Assembly: GCA_021786105.1 (NCBI GenBank)
Contig: JAJYNW010000001.1
Span: forward strand, 1-20,837
DNA length: 20,837 nt
Source: a bacterium
GTDB taxonomy: Bacteria > Patescibacteriota > Microgenomatia > Daviesbacterales > UBA10151
Direction: 5' to 3'
Positions 1 to 7,133 of the stretch are shown here, piece after piece. The translations under genes and the position numbers were made by a program. The notes under the pieces were generated by a model, which was given only the letters and a program-made list of their open reading frames with translations, did no database searches and was not told the DNA's origin. Every line of letters begins with the position of its first letter. The first letter of the stretch is position 1.

Positions 1-89
1 AACTGTTTAGCTATATGGGTCTTAGGAACTTCCTGCTCATAGAGTTCCCAGGCAATCGTAATTTTAGTTAATTGATTCACTTCTTCCAT
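1..89 (-). CDS. Partial ORF, N-terminus of putative transposase (HTH-like start)
   Basis: Translates MEEVNQLTKITIAWELYEQEVPKTHIAKQ..., identical to the ORF at 20749. 'VPKTHIAKQ' resembles the first helix of a transposase HTH. Only 29 codons are visible. Confidence 0.5.
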   Translation of the reverse strand, partial: MEEVNQLTKITIAWELYEQEVPKTHIAKQ

Positions 90-127
90 TTTACTGGAAG
101 TGTCGGATTTCTATGGAGAATACTTCG
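1..127 (-). mobile_element. End of a repeated element (probable IS), copy 1, running off the left edge
   Basis: Bases 1-127 are the exact reverse complement of 20711-20837, and identity stops abruptly at the inner boundary. Contains the start of an ORF (ATG at 89, minus strand). Confidence 0.65.
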
Positions 128-132
128 TATGC

Positions 133-162
133 TTGCAAACTTAGGTAATCCTCATATATAAT
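133..162 (+). promoter_or_regulatory. sigma70-type promoter of rpmG (probably leaderless)
   Basis: TTGCAA(133-138)-18 bp-TATAAT(157-162), with ATG 6 nt downstream and no SD. Confidence 0.6.
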
Positions 163-168
163 TCAAAA

Positions 169-336
169 ATGGCTAAAAAAGGCAACAGAAATTTATTTAA
201 CTGGCAGTGTTCGGTTTGTAAAAACCGGAATTATACCGGGACGAAAAACACGGTAAATATAAAAGAAAAGCTAACTTTGAACAAGTTTTGTAAACAGTGC
301 CGCAAAACCACTCCTCACAACGAAGTTAAGCTTTAA
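169..336 (+). CDS. rpmG: 50S ribosomal protein L33 (Zn-ribbon form)
   Basis: Not in the ORF track (55 aa). Manual translation: MAKKGNRNLFNWQCSVCKNRNYTGTKNTVNIKEKLTLNKFCKQCRKTTPHNEVKL. Two CxxC pairs, RNY and KFC motifs, canonical position before tRNA-Trp. Confidence 0.96.
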   Translation: MAKKGNRNLFNWQCSVCKNRNYTGTKNTVNIKEKLTLNKFCKQCRKTTPHNEVKL

Positions 337-376
337 GCACGATTTTCCTAATCATTTTTGGTATACTACATTTCAT

Positions 377-447
377 ACGGGAGTGGTGAAATGGTATCAC
401 GAAGGTCTCCAAAACCTTCTTTCCAGGTCCGAATCCTGGCTCCCGTG
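377..447 (+). tRNA. trnW: tRNA-Trp (CCA)
   Basis: Cloverleaf: acceptor ACGGGAG/CTCCCGT, D-stem GTGA/TCAC, anticodon stem AAGGT/ACCTT with CCA at 409-411, T-stem CCAGG/CCTGG. No encoded 3'-CCA. Extended -10 TGGTATACT at 359-367. Confidence 0.95.
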
Positions 448-536
448 CATTTCAATTAGGAAGCAAAGTTCCTTCCGCCCATACTTCTTTAAACAGATTT
501 GCAAAAACAACTAAAATGGGCGTATAAATAAATTAG

Positions 537-779
537 ATGCACGGTGTAGAATTTGCTATTAATATTATTGGTATTTTTAATAGAGAAACGCCGGCACAGC
601 CACATAAATCTTTCAGAGATACCCATCCATTATTTGCTTCTATCTCTGGCCCAACTGCAAAAATCTTAGAAGAATCAGGCGTTTCCGATAAAGGCCGGGG
701 AATCATTAAAATTCATGAAACCGCAAATAAATCCTTAGTAATAGACTATGAACATAGAACCATTCATTCATTAACCTGA
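537..779 (+). CDS. Hypothetical protein (80 aa)
   Basis: ORF fills the gap, with TTGCAA(499-504)/TATAAA(523-528) just upstream of the ATG. No recognisable motif. Confidence 0.4.
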   Translation: MHGVEFAINIIGIFNRETPAQPHKSFRDTHPLFASISGPTAKILEESGVSDKGRGIIKIHETANKSLVIDYEHRTIHSLT

Positions 780-840
780 ATTCTGACAACACTATCATTC
801 AAAATGAATCCCGAACGTGGTTTGCAAGAAGAAATAATTT

Positions 841-1560
841 TTAAAAATTCACCTTGATTCTGGCAGTTTGGACAAAAAGGGATGTTCCAAGAGTACTTTT
901 AACTTGAATAGTGTAGGTTTTTTGCCCGCTGGGTAGCTTAAAAGTGCCGGAAGCTTGCAAACTAAAACTGGTGCCGGTAGTATCCAGCTGAGAATTAGAA
1001 ACAGCAGTTCCATCTGTCACATTGTATAGCCGGACAGACCCCGTGCCCGCCGCCTCAACCAATCTAAAGTTAGCTTCAAGCTGCACACTGGAATAACCGG
1101 AATAATTATCCGAATTAACTGAGGTTTGATATTCAGTTAAAGTATGCCAATCCTGATCAGTCCAAGGCCCGCCTCCTGCGCTCATGGGAATATATAAAGG
1201 GTATTTGGAGCCGGAAACTGCAGCAGCCGGGGCCGGACTGGCTTGCTCCAAAGCTGACACCCTGGCTTTAAGCTCAGTAATCGCCGATTCCGCATTATTC
1301 AATCGGGCATCTAGGTTAGTAGGAGCTGGAGAAGTTTTAGCAACATTTACCTGAGCAGCCAGTTTTGTTACCACACCTTCCAAGCTCTTCACTCTGTCTT
1401 CCAAAGTAGCTCCAGGTAGGGTTTTCGGCACCTCCACCGGTGCCGTATTTTCAGCTGTTTGCGGGGTGGCCAGATTTTGTTTGATGGTCGAGCTTCGCCA
1501 GTACCACAAACCTGCCACTAAAAGGACTGGTATCAAAATAAAGGGCAGCAGTCTTATCAC
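841..1560 (-). CDS. Membrane-anchored hypothetical protein with coiled coil and C-terminal beta-rich domain
   Basis: N-terminal TM helix and heptad segment (LEDRVKSLE...ITELKARVSALE). GTG start lies 6 nt after an extended -10 TGGTATGAT. Confidence 0.85.
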   Translation of the reverse strand: MIRLLPFILIPVLLVAGLWYWRSSTIKQNLATPQTAENTAPVEVPKTLPGATLEDRVKSLEGVVTKLAAQVNVAKTSPAPTNLDARLNNAESAITELKARVSALEQASPAPAAAVSGSKYPLYIPMSAGGGPWTDQDWHTLTEYQTSVNSDNYSGYSSVQLEANFRLVEAAGTGSVRLYNVTDGTAVSNSQLDTTGTSFSLQASGTFKLPSGQKTYTIQVKSTLGTSLFVQTARIKVNF

Positions 1561-1681
1561 AAATTAATCATACCACGTCTTTGTTTACCATAATTTATCT
1601 ACAAAAGGACTCTATTCAAAAAAACTTTTTTGGACTTAATGACGAGCCTATAGGATTTATGGTATAATTTTTGATTAATTT

Positions 1682-2416
1682 ATGACTATCAGCAAAATCG
1701 AGGCACTACAATTAGAACGCTACAATCACCTAGAAGGCGACCATTTTGGTAGGTACGGAACAGGCCCAAACGATATGGCAATGAAGAGATTTAAAGTCAA
1801 ACTGATCAAGGAGATGTTCAGTGATGTAAAGGGAGCACCAATATTGGATTTGGGGGCTGATGAGGGCAGCGTGGTAGGAGCACTTTCAGACAACGGCAAT
1901 ACAGGAATCAGTATCGACATAGCTTATCAAAGATTATTAGGCAACAGTCGACTAGGAAAAGGGTTATTTGTTTGCTCCAGAGCACAAGAGCTTCCTTTTT
2001 CAGAAAGTTCTATTGGCGGTATTTGTGCGTTTGATATTATCGAGCACCTTGATAAGAAAGACCCTGTAAAAATGATGGAAGAGATTTACAGAGTCTTGGC
2101 ACCAGGCAAAAAAGTTATTCTAGCAACCACTAATACAAGTTGTTTGGCAAGGAACATGAGGAGATTAATTGAACCAGACAGAGTTGTTTCAATAGCCGAG
2201 CATGCCAATGAAATGTCCTACCAAACAGTTAGACAATTATTTAGGCAAACCGGATTTGTTAATATTCACGCTCGCGGAGCTGGAATTATTCCCGGGATGA
2301 GGAGACTTCAATGGTTTTTGCCTTTTAATAAGCTTCATAAATGGGATATTGCTATCAGTGAGCGGTTTCCTCAAATATCTCCTGAAATTTTTATTGCGGC
2401 CGAAAAACCTCAGTAG
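1682..2416 (+). CDS. Class I SAM-dependent methyltransferase (Methyltransf_11-like)
   Basis: Motif I ILDLGADEG, LPFSESS, IEHL, EIYRVLAPG. Extended -10 TGGTATAAT at 1660-1668. Confidence 0.9.
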   Translation: MTISKIEALQLERYNHLEGDHFGRYGTGPNDMAMKRFKVKLIKEMFSDVKGAPILDLGADEGSVVGALSDNGNTGISIDIAYQRLLGNSRLGKGLFVCSRAQELPFSESSIGGICAFDIIEHLDKKDPVKMMEEIYRVLAPGKKVILATTNTSCLARNMRRLIEPDRVVSIAEHANEMSYQTVRQLFRQTGFVNIHARGAGIIPGMRRLQWFLPFNKLHKWDIAISERFPQISPEIFIAAEKPQ

Positions 2417-2438
2417 CCTATTCCCTAACCTAATCAGT

Positions 2439-2467
2439 TTGACTTTTATCTCATAGTATGCTAAAAT
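2439..2467 (+). promoter_or_regulatory. sigma70-type promoter of the VanW-like gene
   Basis: TTGACT(2439-2444)-17 bp-TAAAAT(2462-2467) with TG extension. Confidence 0.6.
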
Positions 2468-2500
2468 ACTTAGCTTACAACCTTTTGGTTGCATGAACAT

Positions 2501-3172
2501 ATGATCAAAAAATCAGTTCAAACCCTGATCATCTTTCCCCTAACCTTAGGTTCTCTGCTGGGACAAAATCACAACCAAAATTTAATCCCGCTGCCTTCGA
2601 GGGAACATTTGGTGGCTCAAAAAGAGATGCCGCTTAATGACCGCTATTCCAATGGCTTTGTCAACGACGTTTTCAGGGATAATATCCTGTTAAATCTTGC
2701 CTATTTAAGCGGCCGGGTTACCAATGCTTCCGATATTAAATGGGATGAAATTACCAAACCGTTTACTTTTGAATTCAAGCTGGAACCAAATAAAACTTTT
2801 GCCTTCCATTCTGATGTGGAAGATCAATACAAAGCCAGCTTGGTCAAAACTACCAATGCCCACTTTAATGCCCAGGAAGGGTTTAAGACAGACGGGTATT
2901 TATTTGGGGACGGGGTTTGCCACTTAGCCTCCTTAATCAACTGGACAGCCAAAGAAGCTGGGTTGTCAGTAGAAGCACCTACCAGTCATGATTTTGCCAA
3001 TATCCCGGATGTGCCTAAAGAATACGGGGTGTCAATTTATTCAAACCCGGGCTCAACCGGTTCCAACGCCCTGCAGAATTTATATATCACTAATAACAAA
3101 TCTAAACCTGTCGCTTTTAGGTTCCAATACCAAAACGACAAACTCAAAGTATCAGTGGTTGAATTAAATTAA
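2501..3172 (+). CDS. VanW-family exported protein
   Basis: GDGVCHLASLINWTAKEAGL resembles the VanW GGGxCQxxSxL motif. N-terminal hydrophobic signal. ATG at 2501 preferred over TTG at 2489. Confidence 0.75.
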   Translation: MIKKSVQTLIIFPLTLGSLLGQNHNQNLIPLPSREHLVAQKEMPLNDRYSNGFVNDVFRDNILLNLAYLSGRVTNASDIKWDEITKPFTFEFKLEPNKTFAFHSDVEDQYKASLVKTTNAHFNAQEGFKTDGYLFGDGVCHLASLINWTAKEAGLSVEAPTSHDFANIPDVPKEYGVSIYSNPGSTGSNALQNLYITNNKSKPVAFRFQYQNDKLKVSVVELN

Positions 3173-3281
3173 TCTATAATTCAAAGACGACTTAAGCTGG
3201 CAAGAACCACCGCTTTATGGTTTAGAAAACTCTAATCTATCACTTCCCCAATTAAATGGAAAATCGACAGCCATGATTAAC

Positions 3282-3318
3282 TATACAAAACCTACAACGA
3301 TCGTTGCATAAATTGTCA
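3282..3318. repeat. 37-bp palindromic direct repeat, copy at the stop codon of the PaaX/Cas2-like gene
   Basis: TATACAAAACCTACAACGATCGTTGCATAAATTGTCA, 31/37 identical to 3825-3861. Its last 3 bases are the gene's TGA. Confidence 0.85.
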
Positions 3319-3825
3319 TCGGCCGGTATTTTCAGATTCAATTACCAAAACCCAGTCTGTAATATCAAGCTCTTTTATCAATTTTCGCAGTTTTTCCGTC
3401 ACATTTTTCTTAGATGCCCAAACACTTTTTTGCCAGGGTTGAAAATCCCACAATTTCAACCGCCTTCTTAAAATATCACGCACTAGCCTCTTGTTTTCCG
3501 GAATATCAAATACCACGATTCGCCACTTTCCATCCCACTCAATTTCATCATCAGATTTGGAAAAAAGCAAAAATTCCCTGCCAGCCTCTGTCAGCTTTAG
3601 GATAATTTTGTTTGTATCTTTCTCCGGAACTTTTTCAATAAACCCCTTTTGCCGCAGTCTTTGCAAGGTTTGAGCTAGCGTCGATTTTTTCAAAGGATAT
3701 TCCCAACCGCTGCCATAAGCATAATATCCTGGATGGTACATGAAATCCTCCAGCCTAACATAACCATCAACCGCCTTTTCCAAAGCCAACAGCACTAATT
3801 TCCCAATTGTTTCTTTCTTACTCAT
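3316..3825 (-). CDS. PaaX-like protein: winged HTH plus Cas2-like (ferredoxin-fold) domain
   Basis: wHTH segment TLQRLRQKGFIEK...LKLTEAG, then WDGKWRIVVFDIPE...R..LR..L...F...QKSVW typical of the PaaX central/Cas2-like domain. ATG at 3825 preferred over TTG at 3831. Confidence 0.85.
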   Translation of the reverse strand: MSKKETIGKLVLLALEKAVDGYVRLEDFMYHPGYYAYGSGWEYPLKKSTLAQTLQRLRQKGFIEKVPEKDTNKIILKLTEAGREFLLFSKSDDEIEWDGKWRIVVFDIPENKRLVRDILRRRLKLWDFQPWQKSVWASKKNVTEKLRKLIKELDITDWVLVIESENTGR

Positions 3826-3861
3826 ATACAAAATATACTACGATCGTTGTATATTTTGTCA
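3825..3861. repeat. 37-bp palindromic direct repeat overlapping the promoter and start codon of the PaaX/Cas2-like gene
   Basis: TATACAAAATATACTACGATCGTTGTATATTTTGTCA. Bases 3828-3859 form a 32-bp palindrome with one mismatch. Minus-strand TTGACA (3862-3857) and TAGTAT/TATATT -10 candidates overlap it. Confidence 0.85.
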
Positions 3862-3904
3862 ATAAGTCTTTACAAGCCCTTATGCTCTACTCTAATATGG
3901 AACT

Positions 3905-5347
3905 ATGCCAGATAACGGAGTCATACTTGACAATCACCTTGAAGAACATCATGACCATGAAACTATTTATTTCCCATCAGGTTTTCTTTGGGGCGCATCC
4001 ACCAGCGCCTATCAGGTAGAAGGCAATAATACCAATGCCGACTGGTGGTATTGGGAACAAACTCACCAACCGCCGGAAAAATGGTCCGGGCAAGCCTGTG
4101 ACCAATATAACCGCTATGAGCAGGACTTTGATCTGGCCAAGCAGCTGGGCCATAATGCCCATAGGTTATCCATTGAATGGTCTAGGATTGAACCAAAAGA
4201 AGGTGAATTTAACCAGGCAGAAATCGATCATTACAAGAAAGTACTCAAGTCTTTGAAAGACCGTGAGCTAACTGTTATGTTAACCTTGTGGCACTTTACC
4301 CTGCCGAAATGGGTGGCGGATAAGGGTGGCTGGGAGTCGGGCCAGACCCCTCAATTTTTTGAAAGGTTTGTCAAAAGAATCGTGCCGGAGATTGGGGTTT
4401 TTGTGGATTTTTGGATCACTTTGAATGAGCCGGGGGTATACATTTATGAAACTTATATCGAGCGGGCCTGGCCCCACTCGAAAAAAAGCTGGATTGGCCA
4501 GGCTAAAACATTTTTAAACCTGACCAGTGCCCACAAAAAAGCTTATAAATACCTGCACTCGGTTTATCCGGTCGGCAAACCGGTCGGCATCGCCAACAAC
4601 ATCCTGTCTTTTGAGTCATATCACAAGCATTCTGTTACCGAGCAGGTGGCCGTTTCTCTAAACGACCTGTTTGCCAATCACCTGTTCTATTTTTTTACTC
4701 ACGGCACTCACGATTTTTTAGGAATCAACTACTATTTTCATGTCCGCTTTAGAAGCGGCAGTTTTATAGCTGAGCGCCGGGATATGATGCAAACTCACGA
4801 TATTTCTGATATGGGTTGGGAAGTTTATCCGGAAGGAATTTATCAGGTCTTAACTGATTTGGCAGATGACATACCTATATATATTACGGAATGCGGCATT
4901 GCCTCCACCAATGACGACAGAAGAAACCGCTTCCTGATTTCTTATTTACAAGAGGTAGCCAGGGCCATCAAAGGCGGAGTGAATGTCCGGGGGTTTTTCT
5001 ATTGGTCTTTGCTTGATAATTTTGAATGGCATTTAGGCTTTGAACCCAGATTTGGCCTGGTGGAAGTAGATTATGAAGTTCTTGCCAAAGAGCAAGAGCT
5101 GCGTAAGTCGACTACGTCGCCTTATAAAACCCAAAGCAGAAAAATCAGACCTTCAGCCTTAGTGTATAAAGATATTATTCAAAATAACGGAATTCCGCAT
5201 TCCCTGCTGCGCTTTATCGGGCATACTGTTCGGGCGGAGGAAGTATTGGAGAAAAGGTCCAAGGAAACGGAAAAAGAAATGATTCAGCCAGAAGTTTTGG
5301 GAAAAGGGCAAAAAGAAATACCAGAAGAGACAGAAAAAACTGCATGA
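3905..5347 (+). CDS. Glycoside hydrolase family 1 (beta-glucosidase-like)
   Basis: FPSGFLWGASTSAYQVEG, RLSIEWSRIEP, acid/base TLNEP, nucleophile YITECG, YWSLLDNFEW, RFGLVEVDY. Confidence 0.95.
   Translation: MPDNGVILDNHLEEHHDHETIYFPSGFLWGASTSAYQVEGNNTNADWWYWEQTHQPPEKWSGQACDQYNRYEQDFDLAKQLGHNAHRLSIEWSRIEPKEGEFNQAEIDHYKKVLKSLKDRELTVMLTLWHFTLPKWVADKGGWESGQTPQFFERFVKRIVPEIGVFVDFWITLNEPGVYIYETYIERAWPHSKKSWIGQAKTFLNLTSAHKKAYKYLHSVYPVGKPVGIANNILSFESYHKHSVTEQVAVSLNDLFANHLFYFFTHGTHDFLGINYYFHVRFRSGSFIAERRDMMQTHDISDMGWEVYPEGIYQVLTDLADDIPIYITECGIASTNDDRRNRFLISYLQEVARAIKGGVNVRGFFYWSLLDNFEWHLGFEPRFGLVEVDYEVLAKEQELRKSTTSPYKTQSRKIRPSALVYKDIIQNNGIPHSLLRFIGHTVRAEEVLEKRSKETEKEMIQPEVLGKGQKEIPEETEKTA
5071..5125 (+). 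repeat. 51-bp in-frame double-hairpin insertion in the GH1 gene
   Basis: TTAT direct repeats at 5071 and 5122. Hairpins GTTCTTGC/GCAAGAGC (5078-5099) and TAAGTCGAC/GTCGCCTTA (5104-5124). Confidence 0.6.
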
Positions 5348-6261
5348 GCCATTTACCTTTTACACTACTGGCATACTTTCTCAATGCCTTGGCAGTTTTA
5401 GCCAACAAATTCCTGCTTAGTAATATTATTCCCGACCCCCTGGTTTACATCTTTTACATCAGTCTAGCCTCACTTTTGGCAATTGTGGCCCTACCTTTTA
5501 CCCGAGTTCCCGGCCTGGAAGTATTTACCCTGGCTTCCGTCTCCACCTTATTATGGACCACCGGTGCCTATTTTATGTACAAAGCCTTAAAAATAGGCGC
5601 TGTTTCCCGGGTCATCCCCATCATCGGCACCCTGATTCCCCTAATCTTATTGATCTTTGCCTCAGAAACTCGCTCCATCACCCTTCCTCAAACTTGGGCG
5701 ATTTGGACCTTAATCGTCGGCATGCTGTTTTTAACTTTGCCGGATTGGCGATTAAAACTAACTGCCGGTGAAATTATTTTTGAAGTTTTATCAGCAGGGT
5801 TTTTTGCCGTTTCCTACATTATCTTAAGACAAGCCTATTTACAGTTTGATTTTTTCTCAGTGTTGGTTTGGTCAAGACTGATCCTCTTGCCTCTGACTAT
5901 TATCATGGTAGCCATTCCTACCCTCAGAAGTAAAATCATTAATTCTTCATCTTCTCTGTCATCCCGGACTCGATCCGGGATCCATTTTTTCTCCAAAACC
6001 GGCTTAATTTTTATAGGCGGACAGATCAGCGGGGCTGCTTCCGAGCTTTTAATTCTTTTCTCTATTTCTTTAGCAAACCCAGCCTTGGTAAATTCATTAC
6101 AAGGAGTACAATATGTGTTCTTATTAATTTTTGGCTTTATTTTATCCAAAAAATACCCGGCTATTTTTCAGGAAAGATATACACCTTTAGTCTTAATTTC
6201 TAAGGCAGCCGGCATAGCGCTGATAGGAATTGGTCTTTACCAGCTGGCGTTTGGAGGTTAG
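5344..6261 (+). CDS. EamA/DMT family transporter
   Basis: About 10 hydrophobic helices in two repeats, YKALKIGAVSRVIPI motif. ATGA overlap with the GH1 stop suggests translational coupling. Confidence 0.85.
   Translation: MSHLPFTLLAYFLNALAVLANKFLLSNIIPDPLVYIFYISLASLLAIVALPFTRVPGLEVFTLASVSTLLWTTGAYFMYKALKIGAVSRVIPIIGTLIPLILLIFASETRSITLPQTWAIWTLIVGMLFLTLPDWRLKLTAGEIIFEVLSAGFFAVSYIILRQAYLQFDFFSVLVWSRLILLPLTIIMVAIPTLRSKIINSSSSLSSRTRSGIHFFSKTGLIFIGGQISGAASELLILFSISLANPALVNSLQGVQYVFLLIFGFILSKKYPAIFQERYTPLVLISKAAGIALIGIGLYQLAFGG
5958..5984 (+). repeat. REP/RPE-like palindrome within the EamA coding sequence
   Basis: GTCATCCCGGACTCGATCCGGGATCCA, with a perfect 8-bp stem ATCCCGGA/TCCGGGAT. GC-rich within AT-rich surroundings. 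Confidence 0.65.
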
Positions 6262-7012
6262 CAAAATTACTCTCCGTAAACAAATGGCCTGAGAGAAAAA
6301 CCGACATAGCCACAAAAGTTCCTTTATCTGCTACTACTAATTGTTCAATCGGTACAATAGGTTCTTTCTCCTCCTGATAAAATTTAATGTCGGCAACAAC
6401 ACCAGGGTATTTTTTTGATGGTGCAAGAGGAAGTTCCAACATATTAATATCTTCATGATCCATACGCACTAGAATTTCCGGATTTCCTTTAAAAAGAACC
6501 CGCGCTCCCTTATAATCATCTCTCTCTACTGATTGTATTTGTGGGCTTCTTACCAAATCCTCCCAACTTTCTCCTTCTCCTAAAATTCCCAACACTCGGG
6601 CAAAACCTCGTTGTAAAGCCCCACTTTTTTGTACCGATATCATATCCGCCTTTATATAAGCCGGAGGTTTGTATAGAATAAAACGAGGCAGCTCAAAATA
6701 AGCTAATCCTGGATAATCACTAAAGAAAACTTTGCCATCAGGAGATTTAGCTTGAGCTTCACCGTGTGCTATAACAAACCTCCTCCAGGCTTCATTACCT
6801 GCAATGCCTTTATTTGGGGCATCCTGCCATTCCCGATAAAGCCTGCCCAGTATATTATTTTGCAAACTGATTCTTTTCTCTACAAGCCTCTCAAAAAAAA
6901 TCTGACCAACATCTGATATAGGTGGATATTCTTCGCTTACAGCTGCTATAGTATCTGCAATACCTGTAACAATTTCATTAAGTGGTGCCGGAAAATAAGT
7001 TTCTCTTACCAT
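6200..7012 (-). CDS. Hypothetical protein (270 aa)
   Basis: Long ORF with its own promoter TTGACT(7047-7042)-17 bp-TATTAT(7024-7019), 6 nt before the ATG. No recognised family. Confidence 0.75.
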   Translation of the reverse strand: MVRETYFPAPLNEIVTGIADTIAAVSEEYPPISDVGQIFFERLVEKRISLQNNILGRLYREWQDAPNKGIAGNEAWRRFVIAHGEAQAKSPDGKVFFSDYPGLAYFELPRFILYKPPAYIKADMISVQKSGALQRGFARVLGILGEGESWEDLVRSPQIQSVERDDYKGARVLFKGNPEILVRMDHEDINMLELPLAPSKKYPGVVADIKFYQEEKEPIVPIEQLVVADKGTFVAMSVFLSGHLFTESNFANLQTPAGKDQFLSALCRLP

Positions 7013-7133
7013 GTCAGCATAATATCCTCTTTATAACTCATAGTCAAATAAATTGACCTCTTGTGGGGTTTAAAAAAATCTTTTAGAATGCATTTAATAC
7101 TTTCCCTGTGTCTGTCCCGAAAAGTTTGGATTT

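Noticed and set aside
2501-3172. Vancomycin resistance locus
   Set aside because: VanW-like domains are widespread and no vanA/B, vanH, vanX or vanRS genes are present.
3215-3274. 19-codon minus-strand ORF (MAVDFPFNWGSDRLEFSKP) just downstream of the left repeat
   Set aside because: Too short, with no SD or recognisable motif to support it.
3282-3861. CRISPR array or CRISPR-Cas locus (37-bp palindromic repeats plus a Cas2-like protein)
   Set aside because: Only two repeats, separated by a whole gene rather than a 30-40 bp spacer, and no cas1 or effector genes.
4880-4897. GH1 nucleophile motif ITECG instead of ITENG as a sign of inactivation
   Set aside because: Both catalytic glutamates (NEP and TE) are retained.
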